From NCBI GenBank assembly GCA_016292035.1, contig JAEEZR010000019.1:1-60102 (forward strand): 60,102 bases of DNA. The letters run 5' to 3'. Below are positions 19,872 to 31,112 of the stretch, piece after piece (positions within the stretch are counted from its first letter, which is position 1; every line of letters starts with the position of its first letter). Below the pieces are notes generated by a model, which was not told the origin of the DNA, ran no database searches, and was given only the letters and a program-made list of their open reading frames with translations. Source of the stretch: Bacillales bacterium (GTDB lineage: Bacteria > Bacillota_I > Bacilli_A > RF39 > UBA660). Position numbers and translations under genes: made by a program.

Positions 19872-20590
19872 TGAGAAAATATTTTGACAAATTAGTAGGA
19901 ACACCAAAAGAAGAGTTCTACAGTGTAATGGAAGAAAACCTAAATAAAAATAAAAGAATGTTTATAATAACAGCTAATCCAGAAACTTTTGAAATAGCAA
20001 GTAAAGATGAAGAATTTAATAAAATAGTAATGGATGAAGCAACAACAATAGTACCTGACGGTATTGGTATAGTAAAAGCTTCTCATATGTTAGGATATCA
20101 AGTAAAAGAAAGAATAACAGGAGTAGATTTAGCTGTAAAACTATTAGAACTAGCAAACGAAAAGAAACTAAATGTAGCACTTCTAGGTGCTCATGAAGAA
20201 GTAATTGATGCATTTGTTAAAAAGATAGGAAAAGAATATAAAGGAATAAAAATAGTAGCATCAGCTAATGGATATGATTATGACAAAGATCAATTCTTTG
20301 AAACAATAAAAGATTTAGACGTAGATGTATGCTTAATAGCACTTGGCATACCTGCCCAAGAAAAATTAATATATAAGCATCTAAACAAGTTCAAAAAAGG
20401 AGTATTTGTAGGAGTAGGTGGATCATTTGATGTATTATCAGGAATGAAAAAAAGAGCTCCTAAAATATTCCAAAAACTAAACTTAGAATGGCTATATAGA
20501 ATAACAACAGAACCTAAAAGAATAAAAAGATTCTATAACTCAAATATAAAGTTTATGTTTAAAATTAAAAAAATGAAAAAACAAAAATAA
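19871..20590 (+). CDS. tagA: WecB/TagA/CpsF glycosyltransferase
   Basis: ITANPE, PDGIG, ERITGVDL, LGIPAQE, GVGGSFDV, LEWLYR. Confidence 0.92.
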   Translation: MRKYFDKLVGTPKEEFYSVMEENLNKNKRMFIITANPETFEIASKDEEFNKIVMDEATTIVPDGIGIVKASHMLGYQVKERITGVDLAVKLLELANEKKLNVALLGAHEEVIDAFVKKIGKEYKGIKIVASANGYDYDKDQFFETIKDLDVDVCLIALGIPAQEKLIYKHLNKFKKGVFVGVGGSFDVLSGMKKRAPKIFQKLNLEWLYRITTEPKRIKRFYNSNIKFMFKIKKMKKQK

Positions 20591-20615
20591 AACACTGAAA
20601 TTATCAGTGTTTTTT
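20589..20615. terminator. Bidirectional terminator between convergent genes
   Basis: AAAACACTGA-AATTA-TCAGTGTTTT. Confidence 0.75.
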
Positions 20616-20617
20616 AT

Positions 20618-21283
20618 TTATCTTCTTCTAGTAGTATTTATTAATCTTATTAATTGTAGTAGTTCAGCTAAAGCTCCAGATACATACGTAAGAGCAGCTG
20701 CTCTAAGAACGCTTTTTGCATTAGTATGCTCTCTATCTACTAATATATTTAAATCTTCTAATTGTTTAAGAGCTCTTTTAGAAGCATTAATTTCAACTGG
20801 AAGTGTAATAAACTGAAATAGTACACCAGCTCCTACACATATAATTCCAAGCCATATAAGATCTAATACTTCAAGTAAGAAACCTAAGAATATAACTATA
20901 TATGATATTCTAGACATAATGCTAACAACAGGAACTAAAGCACTTCTTATTTTTAAAAATAAGTATCCATCTTTGTCTTGAAGAGCGTGTCCACATTCAT
21001 GAGCAGCTACAGCTACTGATGAAATAGAATCCTTATGATAAATATCACTTGAAAGTCTAATTACTTTTCTTTTAGGATCATAGTGATCAGTTAAGTTTCC
21101 TTGTGTTTCTACAATTAATAAATCACTAAGACCATTAGCATCTAGTATCTTTCTAGCAGTATCATATCCATTCATATTAGAAGAACTCTTCTTTCTAAGA
21201 TTAGCACTATAAGTAGAACTTATATATAACTGTGCAATCAAAGGAAGAGTTATTATTAGTAATAATATAATTATTTCATCCAT
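20618..21283 (-). CDS. Neutral zinc metallopeptidase (YugP/Zn_peptidase_2 family)
   Basis: LTDHYDP, AVAAHECGHALQ, ITLPVEINASKRA, LRAAALTYV. Confidence 0.92.
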   Translation of the reverse strand: MDEIIILLLIITLPLIAQLYISSTYSANLRKKSSSNMNGYDTARKILDANGLSDLLIVETQGNLTDHYDPKRKVIRLSSDIYHKDSISSVAVAAHECGHALQDKDGYLFLKIRSALVPVVSIMSRISYIVIFLGFLLEVLDLIWLGIICVGAGVLFQFITLPVEINASKRALKQLEDLNILVDREHTNAKSVLRAAALTYVSGALAELLQLIRLINTTRRR

Positions 21284-21418
21284 TCCTATCACCTAATAAT
21301 ATTATATCAAATATATAAATAAAATAATATATATGCACCTAAAAAGAACTAAACTGATACTGATAGGTGCTAGATATTAATATCAAATTATTATATAATT
21401 ATAATGTCGGAGGATGAA

Positions 21419-23644
21419 ATGAAAAAAGCATTAATAAAACTATCTAACGTATCTAAGTTTTATTACAGCAAGGGAGTAATTGCTAGTGGATTTACAAAGA
21501 TATCAACTGAGTTTAACATTGGTGAATTTGTAGCAATAACTGGTGAAAGTGGATCAGGTAAAAGTACTCTTTTAAATGTAATTAGTGGACTAGATACATA
21601 TGAAGAAGGAGAAATGTATATAAATGGTGAGGAAACAAGCCATTATACAGATTTAGACTTTGAAAACTATAGAAGAAAGTATATAAGTAACATATTTCAA
21701 AGTTTTAACTTGGTAAACTCTTATACAGTTTATCAAAATGTAGAATTAGTATTATTATTAAATGGTAATTCTAAAAGAAAAATAAAACAAAAAGCATTAG
21801 ACTTAATAGATACTGTAGGACTTAAAAAGTTTAAAAATACTAAAGTATCTAAACTATCAGGTGGTCAAAAGCAAAGAGTTGCTATTGCAAGAGCTCTTGC
21901 AAAAGAAACACCAATAATCATTGCCGATGAACCAACGGGTAATCTAGATTCAAAAGCTGCTACAGGAATTATTAAGTTATTAAGTGAAATAGCTAAAGAT
22001 AAACTAGTAATAGTAGTAACACATAACTATGAACAAGTAGAAGAATATGTTACTAGAAAAATTAAAATGCATGATGGAAGAATACTAGAAGATAAAGAAA
22101 TAAAGAAAGCTGATCAAGTAGAAGAAGTAGAACTTAATGATTTTAAAAATATAACTTTCTTTAATAGATTAAGATTAGGAATAAGAAATACATTCAACAT
22201 TATACCTAAATTCTTATTAGTATTAATAATATATTTATTTATGAGTATATCTCTTTTAACTGAATATTCTTCACTAAAAAGAGAAGAATACTTAGAAGGA
22301 ACCTATGGTTCTAACTATTACTTTACTAATATTTCTAAAGATAGAATAATTATTAAAAAGAATGATAAAACTGCGTTTACTGATGAAGATTACGAAAAAA
22401 TAAGTAAACTAGATAATGTAGACTATATAGTCAAAAATGATTTGTTATTAGACAATAGTGTAACTCTATATGATGATCAAATCTGGCTATATGGAAGTAC
22501 TAATAATATCAAAAACTTTAAAGGCGAAGTCGATTATGGAAGACTTCCAGAAAATGAAAATGAAGTAGTTGTTGAAGCTAACAGCGGAGACTACTATTAC
22601 GATGAATTAAGAGATCAAGTGTTATCTTCAGATTTAAAGCTATCTGACACTACAGGAAGAGACATTAAAAAAGGAATGAAAGTAGTTGGAATAAAATACA
22701 AAGATAACGCTACTGATTATGGAGAAGGAATATTCTACGTAAGTGATAATATTGAGGCAGCACTTGGAAAGAGTGTTAACAAATACTTTAGTTTTGCAAA
22801 AGTATTATTTGAAAATTCTTATCATGATTCAAACGATTATATTAATGAATTTATGATAGTACCACTAGACAGAGTACCTAAGGGACAAGTATACATATCA
22901 GATGATTATAGTTTTTACTGCCCAAGAGAAAACTGTAAGAATCGTCCTTTAACAATAGAAGTAAGTAATAAATACTATGATGCGAAACTAAACTTAACAG
23001 TAACAAAAACTTATTATAAAAATAACTTTGCTACTGTAACTGGCTTTTCTGATTATGAATCAAGAAATGGTCAAATATACATTAATACAAATGACTATAA
23101 TTCTTTATATAATAAAGGTAATTACCAAAGTAGTGTATTTGTAAAAGATGATAAAATTATTGATCAAACAGTAAAAGATCTTAAAGGATTAGACTTATAT
23201 ACTTTAAAAATAAAAGATGCACTTTTAAGACCATCATCAGTAGCTATTTTAAGAATAATAAGAACAGTAGTAACAATTATATTAGTTGTTGTATTATTCT
23301 TTATATCATACTTTGTTCTTAAGATAATACTAAAATCAAGAAACGTTTATTTTGCCACTTTAAGAATGATAGGTGCTAATAAACATGTATGTAAGAAGCT
23401 ATTAATAATAGAACTTCTTAATGCAGCTTTCATAGCGTACTCTTTAATGATGGCATTATTAATAACATGCAAACTAAATATAATAAAAATTAGCTTTGTA
23501 AATGAATTGATGACGTTCTTAACCTTAAGAGATTATATTCTTCTAGGATTAATATTATTATTCATATCATTCTTAGTAGCAATGAAATTTGCTAAGAAGC
23601 TATTCAAAGAAAGTGCTATTAAGACAATACATGAGGAGGTGTAA
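21419..23644 (+). CDS. MacB/FtsX-type fused ABC ATPase-permease
   Basis: [27 protein letters not shown]-terminal FtsX TMs with LRMIGA. Confidence 0.92.
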   Translation: MKKALIKLSNVSKFYYSKGVIASGFTKISTEFNIGEFVAITGESGSGKSTLLNVISGLDTYEEGEMYINGEETSHYTDLDFENYRRKYISNIFQSFNLVNSYTVYQNVELVLLLNGNSKRKIKQKALDLIDTVGLKKFKNTKVSKLSGGQKQRVAIARALAKETPIIIADEPTGNLDSKAATGIIKLLSEIAKDKLVIVVTHNYEQVEEYVTRKIKMHDGRILEDKEIKKADQVEEVELNDFKNITFFNRLRLGIRNTFNIIPKFLLVLIIYLFMSISLLTEYSSLKREEYLEGTYGSNYYFTNISKDRIIIKKNDKTAFTDEDYEKISKLDNVDYIVKNDLLLDNSVTLYDDQIWLYGSTNNIKNFKGEVDYGRLPENENEVVVEANSGDYYYDELRDQVLSSDLKLSDTTGRDIKKGMKVVGIKYKDNATDYGEGIFYVSDNIEAALGKSVNKYFSFAKVLFENSYHDSNDYINEFMIVPLDRVPKGQVYISDDYSFYCPRENCKNRPLTIEVSNKYYDAKLNLTVTKTYYKNNFATVTGFSDYESRNGQIYINTNDYNSLYNKGNYQSSVFVKDDKIIDQTVKDLKGLDLYTLKIKDALLRPSSVAILRIIRTVVTIILVVVLFFISYFVLKIILKSRNVYFATLRMIGANKHVCKKLLIIELLNAAFIAYSLMMALLITCKLNIIKISFVNELMTFLTLRDYILLGLILLFISFLVAMKFAKKLFKESAIKTIHEEV

Positions 23645-23647
23645 CAT

Positions 23648-26080
23648 ATGCTAGAAATAATAAATGCTAAAAAATACTTTAATAAAGGCAAAAACAATCA
23701 AATAAAAGCAATAGATGATACAACTCTTTCATTTAAAGACAATGGTTTAGTAGCTCTTTTAGGACCTAGTGGATGTGGTAAAACTACACTTTTAAATGCT
23801 ATTGGTGGTCTAGATAAACTAAAAAGCGGTAAAATATTCATCAATGGTGAAAGAGTAAACAGTAAATTAGTATATAAAAGAGATAAAATAAGAAACCTAA
23901 ATGTAGGATATATCTTCCAAGACTATAAACTAGTTGAAAACATGAGCGTATATGATAATGTAGCTATTGTACTTAGAATGATAGGCCTAAAAGATAAGAA
24001 TGAAATAAAAGAAAGAGTAGAATATGCTCTTGATAAAGTAGGAATGTTAAGATATAAGAAAAGACCTGCAAGCATGTTATCAGGTGGTGAAAGACAAAGA
24101 GTTGGTATAGCGCGTGCTATTGTAAAAGATCCAAATATAATCTTAGCTGATGAACCTACTGGTAACCTTGATTCTAAAAACTCATTAGAAGTAATGAAAA
24201 TAATAAAAGGTATATCTAAAGACAGATTAGTTATACTAGTTACTCATGAAGTAGAACTTGCAAACTTTTATGCAAGCAGAGTAATTGAAATAAAAGATGG
24301 AAAAGTAATTAAAGACTATGATAATAAAGACAATGAAGATCTAGATTATAAAACAGATAATACTTTTTATCTAAAAGATTTCGAAAATAAATATGATTTA
24401 AAAGATAAAGATATTAATATTAATGTCTATAGCAATAAAAAGGAAAAAATAGACATTAATATAGTAGTTGATAATGGCAATATATATATTAAAACAGAAA
24501 ATGATTTAAAACCATTATTAGTAGATGAGTCTTCAGCAATAGATTTTGTTGATGACCATTATAAGAAAATAACAAGAGATGAAATAGATAAATATACTTT
24601 CAACTTTGGTGAAGTATTTAAAGATAACTTTAAAAAGAAATATAGTTCAATCTTAAATCCAATATCTTTGATAATAAATGGATTTAGAAAAGTATTTAAT
24701 TATTCATTTGTTAAGAAAATACTATTAGCAGGATTTTTCTTATCAGGAATGTTCTCTTTGTATGCAGTTAGCTCTATGTTCGGAGCTATAAGAGTTAATG
24801 ATGAAGACTTTATAGCATACAACAAAAATTATCTAATTACATCTCAAAAGAGGAGTTATGTAGGAGATTTTCTTAAATACGAAAAAATGGATGATGTTTT
24901 ATATGTTCTTCCAAGTAATTCAATAGTAACATTAAATATAAATATTGATGAATTTTATCAAACACAAGGAGCAAAACTTGGGGTGTCAGCATCTTTAAGT
25001 GATATAAGTACTATAACAGAAGAAGATATAGTAGAAGGAAGAATGCCAGAAAATGAAAATGAAGTAGTGTTTGATCTACTAGCAATGGAAGCAGCTATTA
25101 AATATAGTGATTCATCTAAAATGGCAGGATTCACAAAACCATCACAATATATAGGAAGAACTATAAATATTGAAAATATGCCAGATATGAAAGTAGTAGG
25201 ATTCACTAATAAAAGAGAACCTAATGTATATGTTAATAAGTCTAAATTTATTAACTTAATTGCTAATTTAAATAATAATAATTATGGATATGATCCAGAT
25301 GCTGTAAGTATAACTGATTACAAATTATATAAAGATAAAATAAAACTAGTTAAAGGCTCATGGCCAGTCAATGACTATGAAATAATAGCAAGATATCAAG
25401 ATGATTATTCATCTAAATTAAATGTAGAAACAGACAAAGTTGTATATGGTCATAAACTTAAAATAGTAGGTTACTATACATCTAAAGAAGGTTATGATAA
25501 AGACTTTTCTAACGAAAACACTATTAAATATCAATTAATTAATAAAGCAGAAAACTATGTAATAATGTCAAAGAATAAAGAAAAGACACTAAAAGAATTA
25601 AAAGAAACTGCTATAAACATTCAAGATACGTACGAGAAAGCTAAAAGTGATTATAAAAAAGCAATGAAAGAATCTGTAGCAAGTAAACTTTTAATAGCTG
25701 AAATAATATTAGCAATATCACTAATTGAAGTATTCTTAATGGTAAGAAGCTCATTCTTATCAAGAGTAAAAGAAGTAGGTATCTTTAGAGCAATTGGAGT
25801 AAGAAAAGCGGATATATATAAAATGTTCTTTGGAGAGATAATAGCAATAACAACAATAGCTTCTATTCCAGGCGTTATATTTATGACATACATACTAAAA
25901 ACTCTAAGTGAATCTGAAACACTAGGGTTTATAGCAAAAGAATTTGTTATTAATCCATTTGTATTCATTATTACAGTAATATTACTATTTGTATTCAATT
26001 TAGTAATAGGATTACTACCAGTATTTAACACACTAAGAAAAACACCAGCTGCAATATTATCTAGACATGACTTAGATTAA
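23648..26080 (+). CDS. Second MacB/FtsX-type fused ABC ATPase-permease
   Basis: [35 protein letters not shown]. Confidence 0.92.
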   Translation: MLEIINAKKYFNKGKNNQIKAIDDTTLSFKDNGLVALLGPSGCGKTTLLNAIGGLDKLKSGKIFINGERVNSKLVYKRDKIRNLNVGYIFQDYKLVENMSVYDNVAIVLRMIGLKDKNEIKERVEYALDKVGMLRYKKRPASMLSGGERQRVGIARAIVKDPNIILADEPTGNLDSKNSLEVMKIIKGISKDRLVILVTHEVELANFYASRVIEIKDGKVIKDYDNKDNEDLDYKTDNTFYLKDFENKYDLKDKDININVYSNKKEKIDINIVVDNGNIYIKTENDLKPLLVDESSAIDFVDDHYKKITRDEIDKYTFNFGEVFKDNFKKKYSSILNPISLIINGFRKVFNYSFVKKILLAGFFLSGMFSLYAVSSMFGAIRVNDEDFIAYNKNYLITSQKRSYVGDFLKYEKMDDVLYVLPSNSIVTLNINIDEFYQTQGAKLGVSASLSDISTITEEDIVEGRMPENENEVVFDLLAMEAAIKYSDSSKMAGFTKPSQYIGRTINIENMPDMKVVGFTNKREPNVYVNKSKFINLIANLNNNNYGYDPDAVSITDYKLYKDKIKLVKGSWPVNDYEIIARYQDDYSSKLNVETDKVVYGHKLKIVGYYTSKEGYDKDFSNENTIKYQLINKAENYVIMSKNKEKTLKELKETAINIQDTYEKAKSDYKKAMKESVASKLLIAEIILAISLIEVFLMVRSSFLSRVKEVGIFRAIGVRKADIYKMFFGEIIAITTIASIPGVIFMTYILKTLSESETLGFIAKEFVINPFVFIITVILLFVFNLVIGLLPVFNTLRKTPAAILSRHDLD

Positions 26081-26142
26081 GAAAGGTTTATCCTTTCTTT
26101 TTTTAAGCATAAAAAAACCTGCTATAAAAGCAGGTTTTAGTT

Positions 26143-27753
26143 TTATAATACAACAATTGCCATAATAGTAATTATTACAAATATAGCTGCTAAAAGAGCT
26201 ACAAGTAACTTCCAAGATGATTTCATCCATTCCTTATATGAAATTCCAAGATAAGAAAGTCCTAGAATTAACATAGAAGAAGTAGGAACGAATATCATTG
26301 CAAGTCCATGGAACGCACTAGTTATAATAGCAAGTAGTGTATTTAAATCACTGAAATAGCTATTTAATTGAGCTGTAGCAAGTTGAACTGTATAATATGT
26401 ATCAATATGTAAGAATGTACTTAATGCAGTAAATATACTAGATGTTATAACAAATAAAGTATTTCTAATAAATCCAGTAGTATTCTTAAATAGATTCATA
26501 ATGAAATCTATAACAGTAGCAAGCATTGCATGGTTACCATCAATAAATAATAGCATGTACGCTATCATAACTAAAATAGCACCCTTAAATACTTTCTTAG
26601 CACCTTTAGCAAAAGAACTAATTGCTTCATCAGCTTTAATACTATAAATTAAGCTTACTAGTATAGAAGCTACTATTAATAATATAATTGCATTTTGATA
26701 ATTTAGAACACCAGTATATTGATAAGACCAAGTTCCAAAAGCATCAGCACTACCTAGTAAATATCCAAATATAGGATGTCCAGCAATTTCAAATGTAGTA
26801 ACACTTTCAAATGCTTTAGTGAAGGCATCTGTGTTAAATACACCAGTCCAATCTGTATATCCTAAAATAAAGATAACACAAAGTACTGATAAAATAACAA
26901 CTATAGGCCATGCAGGTTTTTTGCTGCTTCCTTTTTCTTCACCTAAAGTAAGTGCTAGTTGTTCTTTAACTTCATTCATCTTATTCTTAGATCTTTTAGC
27001 TTGTCTAATTAAGAAGAATAAATAAATACCATAGCATACTAATAATAGTATAACTTTAAATAATATACCATCTTTAATTACAGTAGATGTTCCTTCGTTT
27101 ATTATAAGTGCAATATTTCCACTATATGTACTACCAATTACACCAATAAGTGGTGAAATAAATGTAGCAAGAAGTGCTGTTAATTTATCAAAACCAAGTA
27201 AAAGTAGTAATGATACAACGAATGGAATAAATACAAATAATAAAATATGTAATCCAAATACGCTAGTTAAAACAGCAAATAAGAATGATATTACGCCTAA
27301 GAATAAAAGTTCATTTCCTTTCAAAGATTTTGCAATTTTTTCGAGTAATCCTTTGATCTTACCAGTTTTTTCTAGTACTCCATAGAATCCTCCTACTACT
27401 AATATAAGTAGGAATGCTTGGAATGAATTAGGTAAGAATAAAGTATTATATGGATATAGTATTAATTCATACAAACTCATTCTTGTTAATCCAACACTAG
27501 TAACTGTATCACTGTAGTATGAACCTGGTATGATATAGCTAAGTAAGAATAGGTACACAGTTGTTAAAAGTATAATTCTGATAATTTTATTATCTTTTTT
27601 ACAAATAAACAACATAATTCCAATAACAAATAATGAAGTAGCTCCAATAAGTGCTAAAGGAAGTGAAGCACTATTTCCTAGTATAGCTGCTAAAATCATA
27701 AGTAAAACTGAAACAGCTGCAATGATAGTGAACACTAAGTTCCTTTTTTTCAT
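26143..27753 (-). CDS. YfcC/DcuC-like (C4-dicarboxylate anaerobic carrier family) membrane transporter
   Basis: More than 12 TM helices; LSYIIPGSY, ILVVGGFYGVLEKTG, FVPTS...LSYLGISYKEW. Confidence 0.72.
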   Translation of the reverse strand: MKKRNLVFTIIAAVSVLLMILAAILGNSASLPLALIGATSLFVIGIMLFICKKDNKIIRIILLTTVYLFLLSYIIPGSYYSDTVTSVGLTRMSLYELILYPYNTLFLPNSFQAFLLILVVGGFYGVLEKTGKIKGLLEKIAKSLKGNELLFLGVISFLFAVLTSVFGLHILLFVFIPFVVSLLLLLGFDKLTALLATFISPLIGVIGSTYSGNIALIINEGTSTVIKDGILFKVILLLVCYGIYLFFLIRQAKRSKNKMNEVKEQLALTLGEEKGSSKKPAWPIVVILSVLCVIFILGYTDWTGVFNTDAFTKAFESVTTFEIAGHPIFGYLLGSADAFGTWSYQYTGVLNYQNAIILLIVASILVSLIYSIKADEAISSFAKGAKKVFKGAILVMIAYMLLFIDGNHAMLATVIDFIMNLFKNTTGFIRNTLFVITSSIFTALSTFLHIDTYYTVQLATAQLNSYFSDLNTLLAIITSAFHGLAMIFVPTSSMLILGLSYLGISYKEWMKSSWKLLVALLAAIFVIITIMAIVVL

Positions 27754-27826
27754 TTCTATTACCTCCTAATAATAATTATACAATAAATAGTTAATTAAAC
27801 CAAGTTTTAGATACAAAAAAAGTAGC

Positions 27827-28360
27827 TTAGCTACTTTTTTTATTTAATCCAAATATATTAATGTCTCTATTTGCATAAGACTGTAAGTTCTTGTATAGTT
27901 CCATGAAATATATATTAAAAGTATAATATCTACATCCACTATTTGTTATAACAACAGGAACACCAAAATCTAAATCATTATATTTATTATGGTAGAATGT
28001 AAGAACTATATCTTCATTTTCTCTTCTTATAGAAAGCATATTTGCTGCTTCTAAATAAGAGTCATTAGAATACCAATTAATAACATTATTATCATCTATT
28101 AAACCATGTCTGTCTTCTTTTCTATTTCTAAGAATATGATCAACTAAAGTATTAAAACAATCATACTCTTCATCATCCTTAGTAACAATGTATGTCATTT
28201 CACCATCAAAATTATCTTTCATAATTCTAGGTCCATTACCATCTGACTGAATAACTAAATCACAGTTACCACCATAGAAAATACTTACCTTCACATCATC
28301 TTTAACTAAAGTGATATCGAAAAAATTACTGTCTTTATAATTATGTCTACATTTAATCAT
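27827..28360 (-). CDS. Hypothetical protein
   Basis: 177-aa ORF with RBS GAGGT directly after lysS; terminator hairpin overlaps its stop. Confidence 0.75.
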   Translation of the reverse strand: MIKCRHNYKDSNFFDITLVKDDVKVSIFYGGNCDLVIQSDGNGPRIMKDNFDGEMTYIVTKDDEEYDCFNTLVDHILRNRKEDRHGLIDDNNVINWYSNDSYLEAANMLSIRRENEDIVLTFYHNKYNDLDFGVPVVITNSGCRYYTFNIYFMELYKNLQSYANRDINIFGLNKKSS

Positions 28361-28374
28361 GATAACCTCAGTAA

Positions 28375-29844
28375 TTAATTAAGTGGTTTCATAATAGGGA
28401 ATAATACTACATCCCTAACACTAGGAGCATTATAAAGAAGCATCATTAATCTATCTATACCAACACCAAGTCCACTAATAGGTGGCATACCTTGCTCCAT
28501 ACTTCTTAAATAGTCTTCATCTAAATCCATAGTCTCGTCGTCTCCTTGCGCCTTAGCCTTTAATTGATCTTCAAAATTAGATCTTTGAATTTCAGGATTA
28601 ACAAGCTCAGAATATGCATTACAAATTTCAGCTCCAGCTATAATAACTTGGAATACATCTACTACTTTATTATTATCATCATTTCTTCTAGCAAGTGGTT
28701 TTAAAACAGCAGGGTAATTATACATAATAGTAGGCTCAAATATATTAGCTCTTACTAGTCTCTTATAGCAAAAATCGATTAATTGACTAACTGATGAACA
28801 TTCTTCTAAATCAGTAGCAGTGAACTTACCACTGTTAATAATCTTACTTCTTAATTCTTCGGCATCGTCTATATTTAAGAAATCAAATCCAAGTTCTTTA
28901 GTTAATGCTTCAACATAATTAACTCTGTCCCATTCTTTACCTAAATCGATAGTTTTTTCTCCAATAGTAAGAACAGTAGTACCTTTTAAATACATAGCAG
29001 TTTCTCTCATAAACTTTTCAAAGAATTTAATATTATCTTCAAAGTTCCAGAAAGAAGCATACCATTCAATTTGAGTGAATTCTTGTAAATGTTGTGGATC
29101 CATTCCTTCGTTTCTAAAACATTTAGCTACTTCATAAACTCTTTCAAATCCAGCAGCATTACATTCTTTTAAATAACACTCTGGTGCTATTCTAAGATTA
29201 CAATCTATATCAAGTGCATTATGATGAGAGAAGAAAGGCTTAGCGCTAGCTCCAGATACTGCAGTTTGAATAATAGGTGTTTCAACTTCTAAGAATCCAT
29301 TATCATTCATAAAGTTTCTTAAGAAGAAATAGAACTTACTTCTACCTAAGAATAATTCTCTAGAATCTTGATTCATAATTAAATCAACATATCTTTCTCT
29401 ATACTTAGTTTCAGTATCTACTAATCCATGGAATTTTTCAGGTAGTGGTCTTAAAGCTTTACCTAGGAAAGTAAGTTTTTCTACTCTTAAAGTTTTTTCA
29501 CCAGTTTGAGTAGTAAAGATTTCACCTTTAGCACCTACAAAATCTCCTGTATCAATTTGTTTCTTAAAGAATTCATAAGCTTCTTCGCCAATCATATCAA
29601 CTTTAATCTCAAGTTGCATATCTCCTTCAATATCTCTTAATTTAGCAAAAGATAATTTTCCCATTTTTCTCATAAAGACTATTCTACCAGCGATAGAAAC
29701 TTCTTTAGTACCATCTTCTAAAGCCTTAGCATCTTTTAAAGTATGAGTTGTTTCATACTTATCAGGATATGGGTTACATACTTTAGCTATTTCATCTAGT
29801 TTAGATCTTCTGACTTGTTCTTGTTCAGTGTATTCGTTATTCAT
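28375..29844 (-). CDS. lysS: Lysine--tRNA ligase (class II)
   Basis: LRPLPEKFHGL, RERYVDLI, FRNEG, EICNAYSEL, GMPPISGLGVGIDRL; RBS AAAGGAGG gives ATG at 29844. Confidence 0.98.
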   Translation of the reverse strand: MNNEYTEQEQVRRSKLDEIAKVCNPYPDKYETTHTLKDAKALEDGTKEVSIAGRIVFMRKMGKLSFAKLRDIEGDMQLEIKVDMIGEEAYEFFKKQIDTGDFVGAKGEIFTTQTGEKTLRVEKLTFLGKALRPLPEKFHGLVDTETKYRERYVDLIMNQDSRELFLGRSKFYFFLRNFMNDNGFLEVETPIIQTAVSGASAKPFFSHHNALDIDCNLRIAPECYLKECNAAGFERVYEVAKCFRNEGMDPQHLQEFTQIEWYASFWNFEDNIKFFEKFMRETAMYLKGTTVLTIGEKTIDLGKEWDRVNYVEALTKELGFDFLNIDDAEELRSKIINSGKFTATDLEECSSVSQLIDFCYKRLVRANIFEPTIMYNYPAVLKPLARRNDDNNKVVDVFQVIIAGAEICNAYSELVNPEIQRSNFEDQLKAKAQGDDETMDLDEDYLRSMEQGMPPISGLGVGIDRLMMLLYNAPSVRDVVLFPIMKPLN

Positions 29845-29863
29845 ATTTTTTCCTCCTTTAAAT

Positions 29864-30075
29864 AAAAAAGTTAATGATAACAAAGGGGCGCATTATATGC
29901 ACGGTACCACCCTTATTAATCATTAACTGATTATCTCTTTTTGTTAACGAAAGTATTTTCTTCCGGACATAAGTCACTCAAAGGTTTTATTCAGATTATC
30001 TTATTATTAATTTTCACCAACCATTAACTCTCTTAAAATAAGAAATAATCTTACTCGTCCTTCTCTTTGATTTAC
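29864..30075 (-). promoter_or_regulatory. T-box riboswitch leader of lysS, Lys (AAA) specifier
   Basis: Minus strand: stem I with AGAGA and GGTGAA motifs, specifier loop GAAT-AAA-A, T-box AAGGGTGGTACCGTG at 29914..29900. Confidence 0.88.
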
Positions 30076-30081
30076 GAACAA

Positions 30082-30110
30082 ATTATAACTAAATTACTTG
30101 ATTTTGTCAA
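30082..30110 (-). promoter_or_regulatory. Sigma-A promoter of the lysS leader (-35 box inside the dusB 3' end)
   Basis: Perfect TTGACA-N17-TATAAT on the minus strand. Confidence 0.85.
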
Positions 30111-31071
30111 TAATCTCATCTAATACACTAAAGAATTCTTCTTCAGTTTTAGTTTGCACTAATTTGTTTTTATATTCTTTAACTCCTTCTATACCTTTTA
30201 AATACCAAAGAGCATGTGTTCTAATTTCTAAAAGAGCACTTTTAGGATTAGTGTATTTCTTTAAAAGACTATAATGTCTTTTAATCATATTTATTTTATC
30301 AATAGATGTAGGTTTATCGAGAATAGCACCATTTTCTAAGTATTCAACACACTCTTTAATAATCCAAGGATTACCTAGAGTGGCTCTTCCTATCATAACA
30401 GCATCACATCCAGTATAATCAAGCATTCTTTTAGCTTCAATAGGAGAAGTAACATCTCCATTTCCTATAACTGGAATACTAACTGCTTCTTTAACGTCTT
30501 TTATAATATCCCAGTTAGCTTTTCCAGAGTATCCTTGACTTCTAGTTCTAGCATGAATAGCAATAGCGTCTACTCCTGCTTCCTGTGCTTTTCTAGCAAC
30601 TTCCACTGCATTTATACTTTTATCATCCCATCCACTTCTTATTTTGATAGTAAGTGGAGTGTTAGTTTCAGCCTTAATAGCCCTTATAATATCTGCTATT
30701 TTATCGGGATTCTTTAAAAGAGCACTTCCAGCTTGAGATTTAACAGCTACTTTAGGAACAGGACATCCCATATTGATATCAATGATATCAGGATGAAATT
30801 CATTTTCTATATATTTAGCAGCCTCCACGAAAGAAGGAATATCACTACCAAATATCTGAATGCTTATAGGCCTTTCACTTTCTTCAAAGTTAATTAAATC
30901 AATAGTTTTCTTACCATTATATTTTATACCTAAAGTGCTAATCATTTCAGAGTATATTAAACCGGCTCCCATTTCCTTAATAATTTGTCTATAAGAAATG
31001 TTAGATACTCCGGCCATAGGCGCAAAAACAATTTGATTATTTATTTCTACATTTTTAATTTTCCATTTCAT
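30094..31071 (-). CDS. dusB: tRNA-dihydrouridine synthase DusB
   Basis: FAPMAGVS, DINMGCPVPKV, KIRSGWD, IHARTRSQ, GNGDV, AVMIGRA; dus-lysS synteny. Confidence 0.95.
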   Translation of the reverse strand: MKWKIKNVEINNQIVFAPMAGVSNISYRQIIKEMGAGLIYSEMISTLGIKYNGKKTIDLINFEESERPISIQIFGSDIPSFVEAAKYIENEFHPDIIDINMGCPVPKVAVKSQAGSALLKNPDKIADIIRAIKAETNTPLTIKIRSGWDDKSINAVEVARKAQEAGVDAIAIHARTRSQGYSGKANWDIIKDVKEAVSIPVIGNGDVTSPIEAKRMLDYTGCDAVMIGRATLGNPWIIKECVEYLENGAILDKPTSIDKINMIKRHYSLLKKYTNPKSALLEIRTHALWYLKGIEGVKEYKNKLVQTKTEEEFFSVLDEIIDKIK

Positions 31072-31112
31072 GAGTAAATTATAGCATAAAAAAAGTAGAT
31101 TTAAAATCTACT

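Noticed and set aside
29845-29883. N-terminal extensions in the ORF track (lysS 29883, rplM 32517, GntR 40133, 38775)
   Set aside because: Strong RBSs lie before downstream ATGs and the extensions overlap regulatory elements or upstream genes.
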